Assembly: GCA_963843575.1 (NCBI GenBank)
Contig: CAWJKZ010000014.1
Location: 864,001-928,000, forward strand
Source of the DNA: an uncultured Acidobacteriota bacterium
GTDB lineage: Bacteria; Acidobacteriota; UBA6911
DNA length: 64,000 nucleotides
Direction: 5' to 3'
Positions 57,031 to 64,000 of this stretch are shown here, in pieces. The notes beneath the pieces were generated by a model. The model was not told where the DNA came from. It ran no database searches and saw only the letters and a program-made list of their open reading frames with translations. Positions within the stretch are counted from its first letter, which is position 1. The number at the start of each line of letters is the position of its first letter. The translations under genes were made by a program, and so were the position numbers.

Positions 57031-57111
57031 ATGTCAACCTTATTGATTGTGCTTTTAGTGTTGTTTTTGTTGGGTGGCGGGGGATGGGGCTACTCCCGTT
57101 GGCGCGGTTAG
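57031..57111 (+). CDS. 26-aa membrane microprotein MSTLLIVLLVLFLLGGGGWGYSRWRG (DUF3309-like)
   Basis: Read by hand; SD GAGGA; one hydrophobic helix plus GGGGWGYSRW tail; below the ORF-track cutoff. Confidence 0.8.
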   Translation: MSTLLIVLLVLFLLGGGGWGYSRWRG

Positions 57112-57437
57112 CGCGCGCTCTCCGGTGAATGCTGCTGAGAATAGCACCTTTCTTTCTCAGCACTTTCACCCAGGGAAAATGCTCAGCGGCGAACCCCTGC
57201 GATCTTCGACACTCTTGAAAAATAGCCCGGGGTTGATCGCGACAAATAACCAGCGGCGCCATTTGAAAAAGATTCCATTTGGCGCCGGGTCGGGATTCGT
57301 TTCCTTGATTCGCCGGCGGACGTATGAGCGGAACCGGACACGGTTCCGCATTGGAGTGGCCCGGCATCTCTTCGGCTCATTAGTTTTCAATATCATGGCT
57401 GTGGCCTGAGGTCACTCCATTCGAAGCGGAGAACATC

Positions 57438-57614
57438 ATGAAATCGAGAATTAAGAATGGGGCACGGAATACGCTTCAAAAGGTGAGAGACAAGACTGAG
57501 AAGCGATTGCAGGAACCGATGAAGGACCCCACATTGGAAGGCAAAGACGAAAACAAAGTCGGGAGAATCCCCGAGAAATCACCTCCGAAGCTTAGAACCC
57601 ACCTCGCGAGGTAA
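57438..57614 (+). CDS. 58-aa CsbD-like protein, diverged
   Basis: MKSRIKN..LQKVRDK..DPTLEGKDENKVGRI resembles CsbD; SD GGAG. Confidence 0.55.
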   Translation: MKSRIKNGARNTLQKVRDKTEKRLQEPMKDPTLEGKDENKVGRIPEKSPPKLRTHLAR

Positions 57615-58527
57615 AGAGACTGGCGGTTAGGCGAAATTACTCCGACGCAGGTCAATTGCGCATCTCTTCGATGGTTTGAGGTGTGAGGGCACGGCTCTCT
57701 CGGCCGATATCGATTGAGCGAAACCATGGTTCCGAGTGGCCGGCGAGGCGAAACGCCAGCTTCTCCAGTTGGTTCCGGGGCGGCGCGCGGACTGCCGCAT
57801 ACAGGTTCGGTTTCAGCGTCCTGCAGCCGCTCGAAGAGGACGTCGTCGTCGGGCAGTTTGCCGATCAGGAATCGAACCAGCTGCGCATCGACAATCGCGA
57901 AATGCTTGCCGCCTATGGCCGCGTGGAGCTCGCCACCGCAAGGCGCGATGCCCCGTTCCGGCCGGGGTCGGCATTTCAATGATCACGCCGCCGGCACCAA
58001 TCGCGGGGGAGCGTCTCTCGAACACTTATTCGCATTATCATAAGTGAAAGAGCATGAGGCGTGAATTCCCTGGGGTCTCTGAGGAGACCGAGCCCCGCGC
58101 CGGAAGAGCGGAGCGCTTCGTCAGCAATGGCGTGATTAAACAGCAATGAAATCTCCTGACTTCTGCGACGTCGTGGTATGGGAGATCGCCTAAGCCGTTA
58201 CGCCGGTACGGGCTCGGGCGGACCGAGGCGGAGAGGAGAGCGGTGATCACGGTAAGGGCCGCGGGATCTGGCGAGCGTCCATAGATTCACGCCCGCACTG
58301 GAGCGCGAGGCCGTACGGCGTCTTTGAAGTTCTGTCGGAGCTCCTCCCTGGTCAGTCCCGGTCATCTCCGATAACGCCGTATCAGGGCAACTGACCTGTT
58401 TTCGAGTTCTCAAAATCCAGATAAGTGCTGAGGATTCAGCTAATTAGAGCTATGCCAACCGACTGTAATCGAGGCAGATTCAGGGTGCTGATGATGGTGG
58501 TGCGAATCGCCTCCGGACGGACTCTCC

Positions 58528-58605
58528 ATGGTCGGCAACACCATCTCGCGCCACAGAATCATCGAGAAACTCGGCCGCGGAGGCATGGGTGTCGCCTACA
58601 TGGCC
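58528..58605 (+). pseudogene. N-terminal remnant of a Ser/Thr protein kinase
   Basis: MVGNTISRHRIIEKLGRGGMGVAYMA is kinase subdomain I; similarity stops after it. Confidence 0.72.
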
Positions 58606-58814
58606 GGCCACGTGCGGCGGCGTTGGCGGGCCATCACCATCCGCGTTCCTTCGGACGCTTGCAGCTCACCGAATATCAGAACCATACGGCTTTCGACACT
58701 TGGCCGCTGCTATCTTGCTACTCGGGAACGAAACCCCGGCACCTCCCTTCCCATTTCTAATGCGCGCAGGTAGACTGGAACGGACGATCGGCTCCCTCGA
58801 CTGCGAGGTACTCA

Positions 58815-60560
58815 TTGGCGAATGTTACGGAACCACTGGATTCCTTGGCGGAGGTGCTTCGATATCACAGCGAAACGAAGCACGACTATGGTCGATACGC
58901 GCGGTCGTTGGGATACCTCGACTGGGCCAATCAACCGGATCCCTTCCGCCGATACCGGGGATCCCGGCTGCTTCCCTTACCCGTCTTGAAACCTGACGAA
59001 TCCCCGGTCTCCCCTTGCTATGAGGCAATCTATGAGACCGCGGGGGTGCCGGTTCAGCCGGTATCATTACGTTCGCTATCGCGATTCTTCGAGTACTCGC
59101 TGGCACTGACCGCATGGAAACAGGCGGGGGCGGCACGCTGGGCTCTACGCAGTAATCCCTCCAGCGGAAACCTCCATCCCACAGAGGGCTATCTCTACGT
59201 TGGCTCTGCGGCCGGCCTGACGGACATTCCCGGGCTGTACCATTATGCCCCGAAGGAACATGCGCTGGAGGAAAGAGCCGAGAGTACAGGAGCCGTCTCC
59301 TCCCGAATCATGCAAGGCTTCCCTCCGAACGCTTTCCTGGTCGGGCTGTCGTCGGTTCACTGGCGGGAGGCTTGGAAATACGGGGAGCGGGCCTTCCGTT
59401 ACTGTCAGCATGATGTGGGCCATGCGGTCGGTGCGGTCCGGCTGGGCGCGGCCGCCCTCGGTTGGGGGATGCTGCTCCTGAACGGAGTCCCGGATGCGAC
59501 GATCGCGACGTTGCTGGGATTGGATCGAGAGGAGGACTTCAAAGGGGCGGAGCGGGAACACCCGGACTGCTTGCTGGTCCTGTGGCCGGCCGGGGCGACG
59601 ATTCCCGGTCATGATGATAGCTGCCAGATGCCCCTCTCTCTGAACCCGGCCGCCGTACTTGAGCAGAGCCGGCAGCCTTGGCACGGCCGGGCAAACCGGC
59701 TCAGTCGCGACAACCCGGTCTCGTGGGAGATCATCGATGAAGCGTCGGCGGCCACATGGAAGACCGGCGATGACCGAACCGCGGTCCAAGTTCGCCCGAA
59801 GGCATTGGGATTGGAGACTTCCGTCGCCTTCGAAGCAGACGAGGCGGAAGCCCTGCCCCGGGAGCCACGCAGAACTGCGGCCGGCGAGATCTTCCGGAAG
59901 AGACGGAGTGCAGTTTCGTTCGACGGCAGAACCTCGATACCGGCTTCGCGCCTGTTCGAGATACTCGAGCGGACCATGCCCCTCGCCGAGCAACCTATCA
60001 CGCGGCGTCCCGTCCCCTGGGATGCGATTCCGTGGGATCCTGCGGTTCATCTGGCGCTTTTTGTCCATCGAGTCGACGGCCTCGAACCGGGGCTCTACGT
60101 GCTGGTCCGTGACGGCTCCAGAGAGCATGTCCTGAGACAGTCTATGCACGATCGATTCGTGTGGCGGAAGGCTGAGGGCAGTCCCCCGAGCCTGCCACTG
60201 TACCTCCTGCAAGAGATGGATGCGCGTCATCTTGCGGTCCAGGTCAGCTGCGGCCAGGATATTGCCGGGGACAGTTGCTTCTCGCTGGGAATGATCGCGG
60301 AGTTCGAGGGTCGGCTTTGCCGCCACGGTGCATGGTTCTATCGACGGCTGTTCTGGGAGACCGGCATCATCGGCCAAGTCCTGTACGTCGAGGCGGAGGC
60401 GGCCGGAGTCCGCGGCACCGGGATCGGGTGCTTCTTCGATGATCCTGTGCACCAGGTGTTCGGGCTCAAAGGTTTCGCGTTTCAGTCGCTCTATCACTTC
60501 ACAATCGGATGGCCGGTCGAAGACCCGAGGTTGATGACGCAGCCGCCCTATCCGCCATGA
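58815..60560 (+). CDS. SagB/ThcOx-family dehydrogenase with two nitroreductase-like domains
   Basis: YHSETKH, LDWANQPDPFRRY, LRSNPSSGNLHPTE, WKYGERAFRYC, RRSA, GTGIGCFFDD. Confidence 0.9.
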   Translation: MANVTEPLDSLAEVLRYHSETKHDYGRYARSLGYLDWANQPDPFRRYRGSRLLPLPVLKPDESPVSPCYEAIYETAGVPVQPVSLRSLSRFFEYSLALTAWKQAGAARWALRSNPSSGNLHPTEGYLYVGSAAGLTDIPGLYHYAPKEHALEERAESTGAVSSRIMQGFPPNAFLVGLSSVHWREAWKYGERAFRYCQHDVGHAVGAVRLGAAALGWGMLLLNGVPDATIATLLGLDREEDFKGAEREHPDCLLVLWPAGATIPGHDDSCQMPLSLNPAAVLEQSRQPWHGRANRLSRDNPVSWEIIDEASAATWKTGDDRTAVQVRPKALGLETSVAFEADEAEALPREPRRTAAGEIFRKRRSAVSFDGRTSIPASRLFEILERTMPLAEQPITRRPVPWDAIPWDPAVHLALFVHRVDGLEPGLYVLVRDGSREHVLRQSMHDRFVWRKAEGSPPSLPLYLLQEMDARHLAVQVSCGQDIAGDSCFSLGMIAEFEGRLCRHGAWFYRRLFWETGIIGQVLYVEAEAAGVRGTGIGCFFDDPVHQVFGLKGFAFQSLYHFTIGWPVEDPRLMTQPPYPP

Positions 60561-60615
60561 TGGGTCGGAACCCTGTTGCGTTCCTCCACCCTTCCGCTCG
60601 CGCAGGCGTGTCAGT

Positions 60616-60701
60616 TGTCCAAAAGTTAAAAAAAAACGGCCAACCCTTGCCGCACCTATAAATCATTGAAATATCGGCGGGTTGGCTGGTTTTTTTGGAC
60701 A
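60616..60701. terminator. Long inverted repeat with A/T tails, probable bidirectional terminator
   Basis: A9-CGGCCAACCC(TT)GCCG ... CGGCGGGTTGGCTGG-T7 downstream of the SagB-like gene. Confidence 0.55.
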
Positions 60702-60790
60702 TAACGGGTCCAATCTGTGCACGCGCCGGCAAATCTCATAAGGTGAAGAGGTTAGATCCAAGCGGGCAGCATGATTGGCCGGTTATGTCC
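60697..60790 (-). other. Solitary attC-like site
   Basis: GGACATAAC / GTTATGTCC ends, 5-nt and 6-nt spacers, inner arms with two extrahelical bases. Confidence 0.5.
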
Positions 60791-61112
60791 CGTTCGAGGA
60801 GATGACTGCCACTGGCCGTCGCTCACCTCGCCCAGCGAGGGGTGATTGACGCGAACGCCGTAATCTCGGAGTTTGGCTCTGCGCCACTTGTCCGGCGGAC
60901 TTTACGTCCAAGTGGTCGCAGGTATTGATGGGGACGGAGTGGGTGGCGGACGTGTCGGCCTCACGGGGCGAGAAGTTCAGGATCAATCGTGGCAAACCAA
61001 CATATCAACGCTTATTGGATTTCGGGGGAAGTCAGAACTGACTTTGGATTCCGGAGGGTCGCGTAGCTTACGTGTGCCCCGCAGGTGAAACAGGCAGCAT
61101 TTGACTTGCCGA

Positions 61113-61480
61113 TCAGTTCTTCGTCGGGACGAGGCGCTTGAGTTCCTCGAACCAGTTCTGGACGCGGTTGAGTTCCGAGGACGGGTTGGCTCTTTCCAGC
61201 ATCAAGAAGCGCTGGTCATCCGCGCTGGTCGATGTCGCAGGAACGTCGAGCCTCGTGAGCCCAAAGAGACGTAGAGGCGTTCCCATTCGAAGATCATGGG
61301 CGTCTTGTATCGGAACAGCAAACATGGCAGTGTCTGTGTGATAGAATAGCTCACGGCCAGTGTGGCTCCAGAACGGTGACATGCCGCCTTCAAGCGACAC
61401 CTGTCGCTTGACTCCGGGGCCAGGAAACGCCTGCACGTAGACTTCCTGTTGCCCAGACTCGTTGGATACATACGCGATGC
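61113..61480 (-). pseudogene. C-terminal remnant of a kinase with PD40/TolB-like propeller
   Basis: IAYVSNESGQQEVYV..QVS..GG..P.WS..GRELFY..NWFEELKRLVP; no upstream domains. Confidence 0.78.
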
Positions 61481-61753
61481 CCATCCGGAGAGAACTTCGC
61501 GCCAGCGGATTCGGGCAAGGATAGGCCAGCTCTATCGTGCTCGTTTGGAAATATGGTATTCCCTGCCTGAGCGTACTGTTCACTCCTTGCGGCTCAATTA
61601 ATCGCAGTCATCCGCACGCGATCTTCACCCATATAGGCAGGGGTGCTGAGTTCCTATGCTGGGGCGCGGGAGGCGAGTCCATGGTACCGCTGAACTGAAA
61701 TTATTGAAATCCTGGTTCTCCCAAGTGAAGAGGCGTGTTACTGGCGGAGGGCT

Positions 61754-64000
61754 TCACATCGGCCTGGGGACTGCCAGGTGGAATCCCTGAACATAATCGA
61801 CTCTCATGCCGGTGAGTTTCTCGAGTGTCTCGGGATTTTCCACCCATTCGGCGATGCTCTTGAGACCCATCACATGTCCCAGACTGTGAATGGCCTCGAC
61901 CATGGCCCCGTCGACGCGATCGATCAGGATTTCCTTGACGAAATGGCCGTCTATTTTGAGATAGTCGACCGGCAAGTTCTTCAGATATCCAAACGAAGAC
62001 AGACCACTGCCAAAGTCGTCCAGAGAGAGACGACAGCCCAACTCCTTGACCGTTGTGATGAACGCTCTGACACGTGTGAAGTCCGAGATGGCTGCCGTTT
62101 CGGTAATTTCGAACCCGATGCTGGGAGTCTTGACGTGGCATGCTTTGATCTGTTCGACAACGAAATCTAGAAAATTCTCGTCGCTCAGCGACTGTCCGGA
62201 TAGGTTTATCGAAAGAAGGGTGCGGCGTTGATCCGTGCCCAGTGTCTTCAGAGCAGTGAAAGTCTCACCTACGACCCAGCGGTCGATCTTGCTCATATAA
62301 CCGTAGCGCTCAGCCGCGGGCAGGAAGGCACCCGGAAGAACGACCCGGCCTTGCTCATCCAAGAGGCGCAGGAGTACCTCTCCGAGTTCAATGTCCTCCC
62401 CGTTGGGGTCGGTAGGCAAAATTGGCTGCATATAAAGACGCAGGCGGCCTTCAGCCAAGGTCTGCTGAATGCGCGACATCCACTGCATTTCACCGAAGCG
62501 CCGGGTCGCAACGGAATCGTCTGGCTCAAAAACACAGACCCGATTACGGCCCGAATCCTTCGCTGCATAGCAGGCGCTGTCCGCCGCGCGCAAGACACTG
62601 GCGGCGCTCCCCCAGATGTCCGTAATCGACACCAAACCGACACTCAACGTCACGGTAAAACTCTTCTCCTGCCACCCGAAGCGGAAATTTTGAGACAACT
62701 GGCGGAGTGTTTGAGCGATCCGAATGGATTCGTCGCGTGGACAGTGCTCCAAAAGAATCCCAAATTCATCGCCGCCGAGCCGGGCAAAGGTGTCGCGCGC
62801 GCGGATTCGAGTCCTCATGAGGGCTGCGATCTGCCGCAGCAGCTCATCTCCCGCAACGTGACCACACGTGTCATTCACGATCTTGAACTGATCGAGATCG
62901 ACGTAGATTAGTGCGTGCGGGTCAAGGGGACTCGCAGCCTGCGCGATGCGTGAGAGGCGCCGCTCGAATTCCCGCCGGTTAATCAGGCCAGTCAGCGCGT
63001 CATGGGTGGCTTGATGCGAGAGTTGTTGCGCGAGTCTGCGTTCCTCCGTGATGTCGCGAAAAGTTACCACTGTCCCAACCTCAATGCCGCGGCTGTCGAG
63101 GTTTGGAGCTTTCGAACAGCCGATGTATCGCTTCTCTCCCTGCCGGTCCATCAAGACGAGATTCAATTGCCGGCCATCGTTCCGTTCAGTCGAAAGTGTT
63201 TCGGCCCCACCGGCATCCATGCCTTGGACGGATTTGTCGACGACTCGGAACACTTTATCGAGTGGAACTCCGTGGGCCTCAGAGCTGGGCCAGCCGGTAT
63301 AGCGCTCTGCTGCTGGATTCAGGTAAGTGATCTTTTGATTGGAATCGATCGTGATGACGCCATCGCCGATATTGGCCAAAGTGGTTCGGAAGAGCTCCTT
63401 TTCCAGGATCAATCGCTCATTGGATCGGGCCAGTTCCTCGGTGCGCTCCTCCACCCGGCGTTCGAGGTGCTCGGAGTAACGCTGCCGGCCGCTTCGCGCC
63501 TCGCGCCTGGCCTCCGCCTCCGCTAGCGCCTGGCCGTGAGCCATCTCCTGTCGAGCTTGGGTGAGATCATCGATGAGATCGAGGTTTGAGAAGTGCAGAC
63601 GAAGAGAGTCGGTCGCCAAGGCGTGAATACGTTCGGAGACAATCCACATCAGCGTCATAAAGAGTAAAACAAAGCTTCCCGTGAGCAGATGAATCGAGTC
63701 GCGGGCAGAGAGAAGCCGCACAGCATATGGAAGCAAGGCAGGGAGCAAGAAAAGCAGGTATACGCCGCGCAGCGGCGAAAGCGTGGAAAAGGACACGCCG
63801 CTCATGATGGCCAGCACGAAAACCAGCAAGATCTGATGAACAATGCTGCCTGACACGAAAAAGTAAAAACCCGCGCCACCCCAGAGTACGCCGTGGAGGC
63901 CGATTCCGATCACGACACGTCCCACCCAACGAGACCTGTCCGGGAAAGTGGGGTGGCAACCTCGGTAATCCTGAACCCATCGGTAGCACACCCATGACAG
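61754..64000 (-). CDS. Membrane PAS-GGDEF-EAL diguanylate cyclase/phosphodiesterase (start may lie beyond the right edge)
   Basis: TM helices, PAS (DGVITID, LNPAAE), HDALTGL, ARLGGDEF, EVLLR, DDFGSG, KIDG, QG. Confidence 0.93.
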   Translation of the reverse strand: MSWVCYRWVQDYRGCHPTFPDRSRWVGRVVIGIGLHGVLWGGAGFYFFVSGSIVHQILLVFVLAIMSGVSFSTLSPLRGVYLLFLLPALLPYAVRLLSARDSIHLLTGSFVLLFMTLMWIVSERIHALATDSLRLHFSNLDLIDDLTQARQEMAHGQALAEAEARREARSGRQRYSEHLERRVEERTEELARSNERLILEKELFRTTLANIGDGVITIDSNQKITYLNPAAERYTGWPSSEAHGVPLDKVFRVVDKSVQGMDAGGAETLSTERNDGRQLNLVLMDRQGEKRYIGCSKAPNLDSRGIEVGTVVTFRDITEERRLAQQLSHQATHDALTGLINRREFERRLSRIAQAASPLDPHALIYVDLDQFKIVNDTCGHVAGDELLRQIAALMRTRIRARDTFARLGGDEFGILLEHCPRDESIRIAQTLRQLSQNFRFGWQEKSFTVTLSVGLVSITDIWGSAASVLRAADSACYAAKDSGRNRVCVFEPDDSVATRRFGEMQWMSRIQQTLAEGRLRLYMQPILPTDPNGEDIELGEVLLRLLDEQGRVVLPGAFLPAAERYGYMSKIDRWVVGETFTALKTLGTDQRRTLLSINLSGQSLSDENFLDFVVEQIKACHVKTPSIGFEITETAAISDFTRVRAFITTVKELGCRLSLDDFGSGLSSFGYLKNLPVDYLKIDGHFVKEILIDRVDGAMVEAIHSLGHVMGLKSIAEWVENPETLEKLTGMRVDYVQGFHLAVPRPM

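Noticed and set aside
57626-57632. GTTAGGC as a second attC core
   Set aside because: No complementary R'' box or L arms upstream.
57620-58500. Short ORFs on both strands
   Set aside because: No recognisable motifs or clear RBS; cannot choose a frame.
61035-61065. CTGACTTTGGATTCCGGAGGGTCGCG as a tRNA fragment or att site
   Set aside because: No T-loop or acceptor stem; too short to support.

Overview
High-GC bacterial chromosome segment. Gene content points to Acidobacteriota (inference): acidobacterial-type cytochrome c/PQQ-like dehydrogenase, DUF1080 proteins, kinase-PD40 remnant. Positions 1-50.1 kb are mostly core genes: metH (5' part), dsbD, aguB-like amidase, FTR1, murB-lemA-TPM-TPM, GH18, a short pyruvate-kinase-like gene, cytochrome c peroxidase, queD, tRNA-Leu(TAG)-tig-clpP-clpX-lon-engB-rho, an aromatic operon trpE-G-C-F-B-A-aroF-tyrA without trpD, lpxC, a MoeB/ThiF gene, PBP1B and an orphan DUF6079/BrxC-like ATPase. 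Positions ~50.2-64 kb are lower in GC by eye and hold gene remnants, tiny stress-type proteins, a SagB-type oxidase and a GGDEF-EAL gene. Many genes carry single-base frameshifts that are probably sequencing errors. Best unannotated signals: (1) a Trp/Tyr-rich leader peptide with attenuator ahead of the trp-aro-tyr operon; (2) a lone BREX-type ATPase with a degenerate Walker B, directly behind PBP1B; (3) several non-autonomous inverted-repeat elements, including a nested ~380-bp palindrome upstream of the tRNA; (4) a complete sigma54 promoter layout at lpxC; (5) a solitary attC-like site. No CRISPR array or rRNA was seen. All family calls come from motif recognition by eye; no database search was run.
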